From Nitrospinales bacterium (GTDB lineage Bacteria; Nitrospinota; Nitrospinia; Nitrospinales; JAJDAT01), in NCBI GenBank assembly GCA_046757665.1, contig JBHHYO010000086.1, forward strand, positions 1 through 10,359: a stretch of 10,359 bases of DNA, in the 5' to 3' direction. The number at the start of each line of letters is the position of its first letter. Position 1 is the first letter of the stretch. Below are positions 1 to 9,256 of this stretch, one piece after another. The notes beneath the pieces are model-generated. The model saw only the letters and a list, made by a program, of their open reading frames with translations, did no database searches and was not told the DNA's origin. Position numbers and translations under genes: made by a program.

Positions 1-13
1 GCTCTTGGAGGAT

Positions 14-42
14 ATTATATGTAAATACTTCTATTTATGCAA
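14..42 (-). promoter_or_regulatory. sigma70-like promoter firing leftward out of the window
   Basis: Minus strand reads TTGCAT (42-37), 17 nt spacer, TATAAT (19-14), in an AT-rich stretch. The target gene lies outside the window. Confidence 0.65.
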
Positions 43-97
43 CTAAGTACTAGTGAATCCCGATGGAATAAATAAAGCCAATTTTTTCAACAAGTTT

Positions 98-126
98 TTG
101 GATTGAAATGCGAAACCTGATATAAT
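98..126 (+). promoter_or_regulatory. sigma70-like extended -10 promoter for the 170..1087 gene
   Basis: TTGGAT (98-103), 17 nt spacer, TG at 118-119, TATAAT (121-126); about 45 nt upstream of ATG 170. Confidence 0.65.
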
Positions 127-169
127 TGAAAAGAAATTATTTCCATCGGTCTTTTTGCCGGGAGGTTGT

Positions 170-1087
170 ATGAGTCTTTTTAGTGTCGGAAAAGACAGGG
201 CAGGGAAAGCGGTTGTCGGTATTGTTCTCTTGTTTCTCTTCGCCTGGCCGGGAAATGCCGCGGCGGTGTATAAAAAGAAAATCGCCGTGGAGCCGTTGAG
301 CAATCCCGCCGGCTGGAACGATGCGTTCAGTCCGGGGGCGTTCATCGCCCGGATGATCGAGCATTCTTTAAAGGACACACAAGGCTATCAGGTCCTGAGT
401 GCCGGGCAGACGTCGGGGCAGGGGCAACGCCATCCGGCGCAAGTGTTGATTGGCGGCCGGGTTTTGACGTTCCGAACGCCATCGGCCACTCCTTCCGTCA
501 AGGCGGGATCCGTGTCCCGGCGCGCGACGGTGGAGATCGAGCTGGTTATTCGGGATTCCTTTACTCAGAAAAAATTCGCCGGCAAGATATTTTCCGGCAA
601 GAGTTCGGCGGGGCGCGTTGCCTTCCGCGCCGCGGACGGGGAAGTGGATTTTTCCGCTCCGGGCTTTACAAAAAGCGCCATGGGCAAGGCATTGGCGGCG
701 CTGGCACGGCAGGTGCCGCCATTTGTTTCGACGACGCTGAACGCCGTTCCCTTTGAGGCGATCATTTTTTCCGTCGATAACGAGAAACGCGAGGTCGTCC
801 TCAACGCGGGGAAAATAAACGGTGTAAAACCCTTTGACGTTTTCAATATTTTTTCCGTGGAAAAGAATTTCATCGACCCCGTCACCCAGCATGACCTGGG
901 AGAAAAAATAACCCGTCAGGGGGTTATCCGCGTCGAGACGGTGCTCGATGATTATTCGCTCGCCAAAATCACGGCGGGCGGCGATTTTGAAGACGGATTC
1001 GTGGCACGAGACCACTCTCGACCCATTCCATTCCGCGGCAACACCAGGTCGTGGAAGGAACTTTACGGAAACCTAAGCAACCCCTGA
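170..1087 (+). CDS. Exported protein with CsgG/HfaB/TolB-N-like N-terminal domain and FlgT C-terminal-like domain (305 aa)
   Basis: ATG 170 is preceded by GGGAGG (160-165). Signal peptide: basic N-terminus, hydrophobic AVVGIVLLFLFAW, AAA cleavage site. CsgG-like pattern KKKIAVEPLSNP...AQVLIGGRVLTF...ATVEIELVIRD. C-terminal PFEAIIFSVD..EVVLNAGKINGVKPFDVFNI...IDPVTQHDLG...GVIRV matches the FlgT_C-type pattern from memory. Confidence 0.7.
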   Translation: MSLFSVGKDRAGKAVVGIVLLFLFAWPGNAAAVYKKKIAVEPLSNPAGWNDAFSPGAFIARMIEHSLKDTQGYQVLSAGQTSGQGQRHPAQVLIGGRVLTFRTPSATPSVKAGSVSRRATVEIELVIRDSFTQKKFAGKIFSGKSSAGRVAFRAADGEVDFSAPGFTKSAMGKALAALARQVPPFVSTTLNAVPFEAIIFSVDNEKREVVLNAGKINGVKPFDVFNIFSVEKNFIDPVTQHDLGEKITRQGVIRVETVLDDYSLAKITAGGDFEDGFVARDHSRPIPFRGNTRSWKELYGNLSNP

Positions 1088-1109
1088 TGCCCGGCATGAC
1101 CGCATAAAA

Positions 1110-4100
1110 TTACGATTTCCCATGCTCCTGAATCGAGGTGACCGTCAAGTCTTTGCCCCTGATTTCTTCAAGGGAATCGACAATGGCAAAGGCGCTTGCC
1201 AATGTTGTGAAGTAAGGCAGGTTATGCGTCAGGCAGGCGCGCCGCAGAGAGAATGAGTCGAGAATCGACTGCTTGCCGAAGGTCGTATTGATAACCAGGG
1301 CAACCTTGCCGGCTTCGAGCGCCTCGACGATGTGTGGCGATCCTTCCTTGACTTTGTTGATGGCCGCCACGGGGAAACCGGCGTTTTGAAGGAACGTTGC
1401 CGTGCCCCGGGTGGCGATCAGGTTATACTTCATCTGATGTAGTTTTTCCGCAATTTTGATCGCGGCGGATTTGTCCTCGTCCTTGACGCTGACAAACGCC
1501 GTCCCTTCCAGAGGAAGTTCGATCCCCGTGGCGACTTGCGCCTTGGCGAAGGCTCCGGCAAACGTGGAGTCGATGCCCATGACCTCACCCGTAGATTTCA
1601 TCTCCGGCCCCAGCAGTACATCGACGTTGGAAAATTTGATAAAAGGAAAAACCGATTCTTTTACGGAAATGTGGCTGACCTGTTTTTCCTCGGTGAATCC
1701 GAGTTCCTTGAGGGTTTTTCCCGCCATGATCCGGGCGGCGAGTTTGGCCAGGGGGACGCCGATGGCCTTGCTCACAAAGGGCACCGTCCGCGAGGCGCGG
1801 GGATTGACTTCCAGGATATAGACCTCGTTGTCCTTGATGGCAAATTGGATGTTGAGCAGTCCAATGACGTTCAATTCCTTTGCCAGAGCGTGGGTTTGCT
1901 GTCTGATAGTTTGCAGGAGATGGTCCGCAATGGTGACGGGCGGCAGGGAGCAGGCGCTGTCGCCGGAATGGATGCCCGCCATTTCGATATGCTCCATAAT
2001 GCCGCCGACCACGACGCGCTCCCGGTCCCTCAGCGCATCGACATCGATTTCGATGGCGTTTTCAAGAAACTTGTCGACCAGTACCGGATGTTCGGGCGAT
2101 GCCTGCACCGCGTGTTTCATATAATGCTCGAGGCTTTCATCGTCATAGACGATTTCCATCGCCCGGCCCCCGAGCACATAGGAAGGTCGGACGACGACCG
2201 GATAACCGATCTCGGCCGCCACCCGTTCGGCCTCCTCCAGGGAAGTGGCGGTGCCGTTGGCCGGTTGTTTGAGTTTGAGCTTTTCAAGAACTTCCTTGAA
2301 AAGTTTCCGGTCTTCCGCCCGGTCGATATCCTCCGGACGGGTGCCGATGATCGGCGCGCCCGCCTGCTTCAGGGCCAGAGCCAGCCGCAAGGGGGTCTGG
2401 CCGCCGAACTGCACAATGACTCCGGCCGGTTTTTCGATACGCACGATGTTCATCACATCCTCAAAAGTGAGCGGCTCAAAATACAAACGATCCGAGGTGT
2501 CGTAATCCGTGCTCACGGTTTCCGGATTGCAATTCACCATGATCGTTTCATAGCCGTCCTCTTTCAGGGCGAATGAGGCGTGCACACAGCAATAATCAAA
2601 TTCAATGCCCTGGCCAATGCGGTTTGGCCCGCCGCCCAGGATCATGATTTTTTTTCTTTGCGTTGGCGACGCTTCGCACTCTTCTTCATAAGTGGAATAG
2701 AGATAAGGCGTGTAGGCCTCGAATTCGGCGGCGCAGGTGTCCACCCGTTTGTAAACCGGATGGATTCCGTCGCGGTCCCGCATTTCGGCGATTTCCGACT
2801 CGGCGCGGTTCAGCAAGCGCCCCAGATAGAGGTCCGAAAACCCCAGTTTCTTGGCCTGCCGCAAACGGTCCGCGTCGATGCCGGACGATTCGATCTCCTT
2901 TTCCAAATCGACGATTTCCTTGATGCCGTGGAGAAACCAGGGATCGATCCCGGTTATTTTATAAATCTCGTCCAGGGAAATATTTCTGCGAATGGCGGAA
3001 GCCACATGCCAAAGCCGGTCCCAATGAGGCCGGGACAGCAAATCCCTTAAAGTATCACGTTGCTCGTCCGGGGTAAGGTCGCTTAGCCCCAGGTTGATAT
3101 TTTCCTCCAATCCGTACACACCGATTTCCAGGGAGCGCAGGGACTTCTGCAAGGCTTCCTTGAACGTTCTGCCGATCGACATCACCTCACCGACGGATTT
3201 CATTTGCGTCGATAACGTGGTCTCCGTCTGCTCGAATTTCTCGAAAGTAAACCTTGGGATTTTGACGACGCAATAGTCCAGGGCAGGCTCGAAAGAGGCC
3301 GGCGTTTCCTTGGTGATGTCGTTTGGAATTTCGTCGAGAGTCAACCCAATGGCCAGCTTGGCGGCGATTTTCGCAATCGGAAACCCGGTGGCCTTGGAGG
3401 CCAGGGCGGAGCTCCTGGAAACCCGCGGATTCATTTCGATGACAATCATCTCGCCCGTTTGCGGATCCACGGCGAATTGAATGTTGGACCCGCCGGTGGC
3501 GACGCCGATTTCGCGGATGATGTCAATGGCCGCGTCGCGCATGATCTGGTATTCCTTGTCCGTCAAGGTTTGCGCGGGCGCCACGGTGATGCTGTCTCCG
3601 GTGTGGATTCCCATGGGGTCCAGGTTTTCGATGGAACAGATGATGACGACGTTATCCTTGAGATCGCGCATCACCTCCAGTTCAAACTCCTTCCAGCCGA
3701 TGACGGATTTTTCAATCAGCACCTCGTGGGAGGGGCTGACTTTAAGAGCCCATTGGATCAAGGATTCAAATTCGTCGGGCGAATGAGCGATGCTGGCTCC
3801 GGCGCCTCCAAGGGTGTAGGAAGGACGGATGATCGCCGGAAACCCGGTGTCCCGCACAACCCGCTCGGCCTCGGCGAGGGTCTGGGCATATCCGCTTGCC
3901 AGCACCTTTTGCCCGATTTTCTGCATGGCCGCCTTGAACAGGTTACGGTCCTCCGCCTTTTTAATGGTCTGGATATCGGCGCCGATCAATTCAACCTGAT
4001 AGCGCTCCAAAACCCCGGCGTCGGCGAGGGCAATGGCGGTGTTCAAGGCCGTTTGCCCTCCCATGGTGGGTAGCAGGGCATCCGGACGGTCGCGGGCGAT

Positions 4101-4331
4101 GATCATTTCCGCCACCTGTGGCGTTACCGGTTCGATGTACGTGCGGTCGGCAAATTCCGGGTCGGTCATGATCGTCGCCGGATTGCTGTTGACCAGGATA
4201 ACCTCGCAACCTTCTTCCTTGAGGGCCTTGCAGGCCTGGGTTCCGGAGTAATCGAATTCGCAGGCTTGACCGATGACGATGGGGCCGGAGCCGATTAAAA
4301 GAACTTTTTTTATGTCAGATCGTTTGGGCAT
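1110..4331 (-). CDS. carB: Carbamoyl-phosphate synthase large subunit (1073 aa)
   Basis: Canonical start [30 protein letters not shown] at ATG 4331 (not 4379). Two ATP-grasp halves ([34 protein letters not shown]) and a C-terminal MGS-like allosteric domain ([10 protein letters not shown]...IATRGTA...VINT). Confidence 0.99.
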   Translation of the reverse strand: MPKRSDIKKVLLIGSGPIVIGQACEFDYSGTQACKALKEEGCEVILVNSNPATIMTDPEFADRTYIEPVTPQVAEMIIARDRPDALLPTMGGQTALNTAIALADAGVLERYQVELIGADIQTIKKAEDRNLFKAAMQKIGQKVLASGYAQTLAEAERVVRDTGFPAIIRPSYTLGGAGASIAHSPDEFESLIQWALKVSPSHEVLIEKSVIGWKEFELEVMRDLKDNVVIICSIENLDPMGIHTGDSITVAPAQTLTDKEYQIMRDAAIDIIREIGVATGGSNIQFAVDPQTGEMIVIEMNPRVSRSSALASKATGFPIAKIAAKLAIGLTLDEIPNDITKETPASFEPALDYCVVKIPRFTFEKFEQTETTLSTQMKSVGEVMSIGRTFKEALQKSLRSLEIGVYGLEENINLGLSDLTPDEQRDTLRDLLSRPHWDRLWHVASAIRRNISLDEIYKITGIDPWFLHGIKEIVDLEKEIESSGIDADRLRQAKKLGFSDLYLGRLLNRAESEIAEMRDRDGIHPVYKRVDTCAAEFEAYTPYLYSTYEEECEASPTQRKKIMILGGGPNRIGQGIEFDYCCVHASFALKEDGYETIMVNCNPETVSTDYDTSDRLYFEPLTFEDVMNIVRIEKPAGVIVQFGGQTPLRLALALKQAGAPIIGTRPEDIDRAEDRKLFKEVLEKLKLKQPANGTATSLEEAERVAAEIGYPVVVRPSYVLGGRAMEIVYDDESLEHYMKHAVQASPEHPVLVDKFLENAIEIDVDALRDRERVVVGGIMEHIEMAGIHSGDSACSLPPVTIADHLLQTIRQQTHALAKELNVIGLLNIQFAIKDNEVYILEVNPRASRTVPFVSKAIGVPLAKLAARIMAGKTLKELGFTEEKQVSHISVKESVFPFIKFSNVDVLLGPEMKSTGEVMGIDSTFAGAFAKAQVATGIELPLEGTAFVSVKDEDKSAAIKIAEKLHQMKYNLIATRGTATFLQNAGFPVAAINKVKEGSPHIVEALEAGKVALVINTTFGKQSILDSFSLRRACLTHNLPYFTTLASAFAIVDSLEEIRGKDLTVTSIQEHGKS

Positions 4332-5206
4332 TAAATCCGGTAAATATCCTTGATGTCGATTTGGCGGAACCGTTCCCATTTCAGGTTCATGTAGGAAAAC
4401 TGCTGTATCAGCCGATTGCGGGCCTGCGGGATTTCCTTGTTGAATTTCTGCTCCAGCAAATCGGTGATTTTTTTCTCCAGGTTGCCGTGCTCATTTTTCA
4501 GGTCGGATCGTTTTTTCTCCAGGAGGGCTTTTTTTTCTTCCAGGGCGGGAATTCTCCTGATGAAGCGGGTTGTTTCTATCTTGTGAACGGTTTTTTCGAT
4601 TTTCAAATCCAGTTTTTTCGTTTCGGCCGCAACACTGTTTTTTCTCTTTTGCAATTTTTTTAACTCATTCTCGTATTTTCTCTTATCATCATTCAGCCGC
4701 TTGATCCCCAATTCAATGACCCGCAAGGCCTCCCGCGGATGAAAACAATAGGTGCCGGTGAAATAATAATCGCCCGCGTACGGCACAATTCTCGCCTCGA
4801 AAATATCGTCTTTGCGGAAAACAATCTCGCTTTGTTTTTCCTTCACCTGATATTTGATTTTATCGAACAGTTCCATGACGACCACACAGCCCGGCTTGAC
4901 TTTTCTGGCGATAAAAATGCTGTGAATGTAGCGCGCCAGGTTTTCGTAAATTTCCAGGGTCTCGGGAGGGCAATTTCCCCGGCGTTTTTCGATGTAAGCC
5001 AAAAGAGGCGTCATGTCGCTGTTGTCGATGTTGCGGTCAAAGGTGTACCATTCGAGAAACGAGGCCATGCGATTCTCGAAGGAGCGGTCGTCCTCGAAAA
5101 TGTTGCCGAGGATCTCCTGGTATTCCTTTTTGGCCTTGCGCAATTCGCTGTCGAGTTCCGGCCCCGCGGCGTATTCGACGATTTTGTTCAGTTCATCCTG
5201 CAACAT
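4331..5206 (-). CDS. Hypothetical protein (291 aa), alpha/beta domain plus long coiled-coil, inserted between carA and carB
   Basis: Fills the carA-carB gap exactly. Its ATG overlaps the carA stop (TGATG at 5208-5204) and its stop overlaps the carB ATG (TAATG at 4333-4329). Protein-like composition with K/E-rich heptad region at about aa 160-258. Confidence 0.9.
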   Translation of the reverse strand: MLQDELNKIVEYAAGPELDSELRKAKKEYQEILGNIFEDDRSFENRMASFLEWYTFDRNIDNSDMTPLLAYIEKRRGNCPPETLEIYENLARYIHSIFIARKVKPGCVVVMELFDKIKYQVKEKQSEIVFRKDDIFEARIVPYAGDYYFTGTYCFHPREALRVIELGIKRLNDDKRKYENELKKLQKRKNSVAAETKKLDLKIEKTVHKIETTRFIRRIPALEEKKALLEKKRSDLKNEHGNLEKKITDLLEQKFNKEIPQARNRLIQQFSYMNLKWERFRQIDIKDIYRI

Positions 5207-6327
5207 CAGTTTCCCGCCATGAGCGCTATGAACTCTTGAAAAAGATGGGTGGAATCATGCGGCCCCGGGGACGCTTCCGGATGGTACTGCACGGAAAGAA
5301 TGGGAAGCTTTTTGTGTCGAATGCCTTCAACCGTCCGGTCATTGAGATTGATGGAAATCACGTCGATGTCGCCCGTCACCGATTCCGCTTTCACCGCGAA
5401 CCCGTGGTTTTGCGCGGTGATCTCCATTTTTTGCGAATGCAGGTCCATGACCGGCTGGTTGCCGCCATGATGCCCGAATCGCAGTTTATAAGTTGACGCG
5501 CCCAGGGCAAGGTTCAGGATTTGATGTCCCAGGCAGATTCCGAAGATGGGCACCTTGCCGACAAGGCGCTTGACGCTTTCCACGACATACGGCACGCCTT
5601 CCGGGTCTCCCGGACCGTTGGACAGGAAGACGCCGTCGATGTTCATTTTCAGCACGTCTTCCGCCGGAGTGGAGGCCGGCACCACCCGCACCCTGCATCC
5701 GAGGCGGGTCAACGCTCGCAGGATGTTTCTTTTGATACCCAGATCATAGGCCGCCACGGAGAAAACGTTTTTGGGGCGGGTGGAAATTTTCGGATGATGC
5801 AAATCCGCCGGCCGGTCTTCCTCTTGCCAATCGTACGGAGTTTCGCAGGTCACTTCCTTGACAAGATCGCGGCCGATCAGTCCCGGAGACCGCCTGGCGC
5901 GCTCCACCAACTCGTTGGCGTCGCCGGTCTGGGTCGAAAGCACCGCCTGCTGGGCGCCCGCTTCCCGGATGTGCCGGGTCAAGGCGCGGGTATCGATCCC
6001 TTGCAGGCCCATGACCCCATGCTCCTTGAGAAATTGATCCAGCGTTTTGCGGGAACGCCAGTTGCTGGTTATCCCGCTCAACTCCTTAATGATGAAGCCG
6101 CATAAATGCGGGCGGGACGACTCGAAGTCCTCCTCATTGATTCCGTAATTGCCGATCAGCGGATAGGTCATCATCACCATCTGGCCGCAATAGGAAGGAT
6201 CGGTGATCACTTCCTGATAACCGGTCATGCTGGTGTTGAAAACGATCTCTCCCTCGGCCTCTCCGGTCGCGCCGAAGGATTCGCCCTCAAAAACTTTGCC
6301 GTCCGCCAATGCAAGTAAAGCTTTCAT
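5206..6327 (-). CDS. carA: Carbamoyl-phosphate synthase small (glutaminase) subunit (373 aa)
   Basis: [29 protein letters not shown], catalytic Cys in GICLGHQ, His-Glu in [12 protein letters not shown]. Confidence 0.99.
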   Translation of the reverse strand: MKALLALADGKVFEGESFGATGEAEGEIVFNTSMTGYQEVITDPSYCGQMVMMTYPLIGNYGINEEDFESSRPHLCGFIIKELSGITSNWRSRKTLDQFLKEHGVMGLQGIDTRALTRHIREAGAQQAVLSTQTGDANELVERARRSPGLIGRDLVKEVTCETPYDWQEEDRPADLHHPKISTRPKNVFSVAAYDLGIKRNILRALTRLGCRVRVVPASTPAEDVLKMNIDGVFLSNGPGDPEGVPYVVESVKRLVGKVPIFGICLGHQILNLALGASTYKLRFGHHGGNQPVMDLHSQKMEITAQNHGFAVKAESVTGDIDVISINLNDRTVEGIRHKKLPILSVQYHPEASPGPHDSTHLFQEFIALMAGN

Positions 6328-6338
6328 GACTCTTTCGT

Positions 6339-7625
6339 TTAATCCTGATTTGAGTAGACGGGGGTTCCGCCCACCAGCGTGTGCATGACTTTTCCCGTAA
6401 CCTGCCGGCCGTTGAACGGGGTGTTTTTACTTCTGGACTTGAAGCGGGACGCATCTATCGTGTATTGCGCGTTGGGATCGAAAATGACGATATCGGCGGT
6501 TTTCCCCGGCGTCAGGGTTCCCTTGTCCAGGTTGAATATTTTCGCCGGCTTGTATGCCATCGCTTCCACCAACCGCGGCAGGGTGAGCGCTTGTTCCTCC
6601 ACCAGCTTGAGACTCAGGGGCAGGGCGGTTTCCAGTCCGACGATGCCAAAACACGCCCGGCTGTACTCCACCTCCTTGCCGGCGATATCGTGAGGCGCGT
6701 GGTCGGTGGCGATGATGTCGATGGTGGAATCCCGCAAACCGTTCTTGATCTCGTCCACGTCGGTTTGACTCCGCAGGGGCGGGCTCATTTTGGTGTTTGT
6801 GTCATAGCCGCGCACCGATTCGTCCGTCAAGGTGAAGTGGTGCGGCGCCGCTTCGCAAGTTACCGGCAGGCCCCGCGCCTTGGCGGAACGCACCAGGTCC
6901 ACCGCCTTGCCACTGCTGATGTGCGCCACGTGCAGTCTGCCGCCCGTGCGTTCCAAAAGGGCAATATCCCGCCCGACCATGATATCCTCCGCTTCCGACG
7001 GCATTCCCTTCAATCCCAGTTCGGTCGAAACCAACCCTTCATTCATACAGCCGCCGCGGGTCAGGTCCAGCACCTCGCTGTGCTGGATGAGGGGCAGGCC
7101 CAACATACGGCTGTACTCGAACGCCCGGCGCATGAGTTCGCTGTTCATGACCGGCAAACCGTCGTCGGAAAACGCAATGACCCCGGCATCCTTCAACTCG
7201 CCCATTTCCGAAAGCTCCTCGCCCTTCATCCCCTTGCTGATGGCGCCGATCGGCAAAACGTTGACAATGCCCCTGGCCCGGGCCGTGGAAAGAATCAGCT
7301 CGGCAACCGACCGGTTGTCGTTGACCGGATCGGTGTTGGGCATGGCCGCCACCGTGGTGAACCCGCCGGCGGCGGCGGATTCGCATCCGGTCTGGATGGT
7401 TTCCTTGTATTCAAACCCGGGTTCGCGGAAGTGCACGTGAACGTCGATAAAGCCCGGCGCGACGATGCAGTCTTGCGCGTCAATGACCTGGTCCACTTTG
7501 TCCGCGGAGAATTTTCCAGGTTTGCCGACCGATTTGATTTTACCCTGCTCCACGAGGAGGTCCCGCAAGCCGTCCAGCTTGTTTGCCGGGTCGATGACCC
7601 GGCCGTTTTTAATCAAGAGCCTCAT
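6339..7625 (-). CDS. pyrC: Dihydroorotase, long type I form (428 aa)
   Basis: [14 protein letters not shown] (HxH metal ligands), [24 protein letters not shown] all intact. GGGAGG SD lies upstream within the pyrB 3' end; 17-nt overlap with pyrB. Confidence 0.97.
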   Translation of the reverse strand: MRLLIKNGRVIDPANKLDGLRDLLVEQGKIKSVGKPGKFSADKVDQVIDAQDCIVAPGFIDVHVHFREPGFEYKETIQTGCESAAAGGFTTVAAMPNTDPVNDNRSVAELILSTARARGIVNVLPIGAISKGMKGEELSEMGELKDAGVIAFSDDGLPVMNSELMRRAFEYSRMLGLPLIQHSEVLDLTRGGCMNEGLVSTELGLKGMPSEAEDIMVGRDIALLERTGGRLHVAHISSGKAVDLVRSAKARGLPVTCEAAPHHFTLTDESVRGYDTNTKMSPPLRSQTDVDEIKNGLRDSTIDIIATDHAPHDIAGKEVEYSRACFGIVGLETALPLSLKLVEEQALTLPRLVEAMAYKPAKIFNLDKGTLTPGKTADIVIFDPNAQYTIDASRFKSRSKNTPFNGRQVTGKVMHTLVGGTPVYSNQD

Positions 7626-8544
7626 CGGCGCCTCCCAGCAAGAGATACATCAGGGACATTCTGACGGCCACGCCATTGGTCACCTGGTTCAGGATCAGGG
7701 AATGCGGGCTGTCCATGACTTCCGGTGAAATTTCCACGCCCTGGTTCGCCGGTCCGGGATGAATGATCAACACGTCGGGCCGCGCCTTTTTCAGTTTTTC
7801 CAGGGTCAGGCCAAACAAATTGGAATACTCCCGCAGACTCGGCAAAAGAAACCGGCTTTGCCGTTCCCGCTGGATTCTCAGCATCATGATGACATCCGCC
7901 TCGCCGATGGCGTCGATCAGGTCATGGCTGATCGACACGCCCATCTTCCGGATATCCGCCGGCATCATGGTCGGCGGCCCGACGAGGGTGACTTCCATCC
8001 CCATGGTTTTCATGGCGTGAATGTTGGATCGCGCCACCCGGCTGTGGGCGATGTCGCCGACGATGGCGACTTTCAGGCCCTTCAAAGTTTGCTTGTGCTC
8101 GCGGATCGTCAGCAGGTCCAGCAGGGCCTGCGTCGGGTGCTCGTGCGCGCCATCCCCGGCGTTGATCACCGAGCATTTGAGATGCCGGGCAATCAACTGC
8201 GGCGCCCCGGCGCACGAATGGCGGACCACCAGGATATCCGGATTCATGGCTTCCAGGTTGCGCGCCGTATCGACCAGGTTCTCGCCCTTGGTCACGCTAC
8301 TGCTCGAAGCGGAAATATTGATCACGTCCGCGCTCAACCGCTTGCCGGCGATCTCGAAGGAAGTCCGCGTGCGCGTGCTGGGCTCGAAAAACAGGCTGAT
8401 GATGGTTCGGCCCCGAAGGGTCGGCACCTTCTTGATCTTGCGGGTCGATATTTCCTTGAACGATTCCGCCGTGTCCAGAATGGACAGAATATCCCCCTCG
8501 CTCAGATTCCGAACGGACAATAAATTTTTCCCGCAAAAAGCCAT
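7609..8544 (-). CDS. pyrB: Aspartate carbamoyltransferase catalytic subunit (311 aa)
   Basis: FFEPSTRTRTSF carbamoyl-phosphate motif, NAGDGAHEHPTQALLD, HSRVARS, MLRIQRER, HPGP. The likely start is ATG 8544 (MAFCGKNLL), 8 nt after the pyrR stop; the ORF-track extension to 9006 overlaps pyrR. Confidence 0.97.
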   Translation of the reverse strand: MAFCGKNLLSVRNLSEGDILSILDTAESFKEISTRKIKKVPTLRGRTIISLFFEPSTRTRTSFEIAGKRLSADVINISASSSSVTKGENLVDTARNLEAMNPDILVVRHSCAGAPQLIARHLKCSVINAGDGAHEHPTQALLDLLTIREHKQTLKGLKVAIVGDIAHSRVARSNIHAMKTMGMEVTLVGPPTMMPADIRKMGVSISHDLIDAIGEADVIMMLRIQRERQSRFLLPSLREYSNLFGLTLEKLKKARPDVLIIHPGPANQGVEISPEVMDSPHSLILNQVTNGVAVRMSLMYLLLGGADEALD

Positions 8545-8552
8545 AACGTTTT

Positions 8553-9089
8553 TTATGAGCGCTCGTCGATAAGCAACACCTGATCTTCCTCGTCCTCTTC
8601 CCGCAACCGGACCTTGACGGACATGTTTTTCGCGGTCGGAATGTTTTTGCCGACGTAGTCCGGCCGGATCGGCAGTTCCCTGTGGCCGCGGTCGATCAAT
8701 ACCGCCAGTTGCACGCTGGCCGGACGGCCAAAGTCCACCAGGGCGTCTATGGCGGCGCGGATGCTCCGCCCCGTAAAAAGAACGTCGTCGCAAAGAACGA
8801 CATCCTTGCCGTCGATGGGAAAGGCGATCTGCGTTTTCTTGAGAACGGGATTTTGTTTTTCCCGTCCCAGGTCGTCGCGGTACAGCGTGATGTCCAGGAT
8901 GCCATGGTCGATCGACACGTTTTCCATGGCGTTGATTTTTTCTTGCAGACGCCGCGCCAGATAGACCCCCCGCGTCCGGATGCCGACCAGGGCAAGGTTT
9001 TCGCAACCGTGATTTCTCTCCAGGATTTCATGGGCGATACGGTTGATCGCCCGCGAAATATCTTTTTCGTTGAGTATGACGCTGTTCAT
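8553..9089 (-). CDS. pyrR: Bifunctional pyr operon attenuation regulator / uracil phosphoribosyltransferase (178 aa)
   Basis: RIAHEILERN, GIRTRG, LDITLYRDD, PRPP loop VVLCDDVLFTGRSIRAA, DRGHRELPIRPDYVGKN. SD GGGAAGG at 9098-9092. Confidence 0.98.
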   Translation of the reverse strand: MNSVILNEKDISRAINRIAHEILERNHGCENLALVGIRTRGVYLARRLQEKINAMENVSIDHGILDITLYRDDLGREKQNPVLKKTQIAFPIDGKDVVLCDDVLFTGRSIRAAIDALVDFGRPASVQLAVLIDRGHRELPIRPDYVGKNIPTAKNMSVKVRLREEDEEDQVLLIDERS

Positions 9090-9107
9090 TGCCTTCCCGA
9101 TTTACGC

Positions 9108-9145
9108 AAAAAAATACCCCCCCGGGTTACCGCGTCCGGAGAGGT
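9108..9145 (-). terminator. Intrinsic (attenuator) terminator in the pyrR leader
   Basis: Minus strand ACCUCUCCGG (9145-9136), 10-nt loop, CCGGGGGGGU (9125-9116): a 10-bp stem with two G-U pairs, followed by A and seven U (9114-9108). It lies just upstream of the pyrR SD. Confidence 0.85.
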
Positions 9146-9178
9146 CTGGTCGTGTTGTGCTGGAGTATCGCATGTCAT

Positions 9179-9212
9179 CCCTTGACAGTCTCACGGGGCT
9201 GTCTTAAAGAGG
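9179..9212 (-). promoter_or_regulatory. PyrR binding loop (anti-antiterminator RNA element)
   Basis: Minus strand CCUCUUUAAGACAGCCCCGUGAGACUGUCAAGGG contains the CUUUAA internal-loop motif, a GACAG/CUGUC stem and a CNGNGA hexaloop (CCGUGA). This matches the established PyrR site (UUUAA...ARUCCNGNGAGGYU). Confidence 0.88.
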
Positions 9213-9227
9213 TTGAATGTTAGTTAG

Positions 9228-9256
9228 ATCATAGCAGAGTCCCCGCCCCAGGGAAA
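9228..9256 (-). promoter_or_regulatory. Extended -10 promoter of the pyr operon
   Basis: Minus strand TG-C-TATGAT (9236-9228) with a weak -35 TTTCCC (9256-9251) at 17 nt spacing. The predicted start near 9221 puts the PyrR loop about 10 nt into the transcript. Confidence 0.65.

Noticed and set aside
43-1015. Minus-strand ORFs 43..378, 137..364, 368..1015, 565..885
   Set aside because: Antisense to the better supported plus-strand gene, which has a promoter, SD, signal peptide and domain motifs.
1456-4251. Multiple plus-strand ORFs antisense to carB (e.g. 1536..2576, 3459..4073)
   Set aside because: Antisense shadows arising from codon bias, with no family motifs.
4332-4379. 16-aa N-terminal extension of carB
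   Set aside because: The canonical MPKR start is at 4331; the extension lies inside the upstream gene.
6381-7664. 427-aa plus-strand ORF antisense to pyrC
   Set aside because: Shadow frame of a GC-rich gene; no recognisable motifs, and it fully overlaps a certain gene.
8545-9006. N-terminal extension of pyrB in the ORF track (465 aa)
   Set aside because: Overlaps pyrR in another frame with R/P/G-rich non-protein-like sequence; ATC homology starts at ATG 8544. Not treated as a fusion or frameshift.
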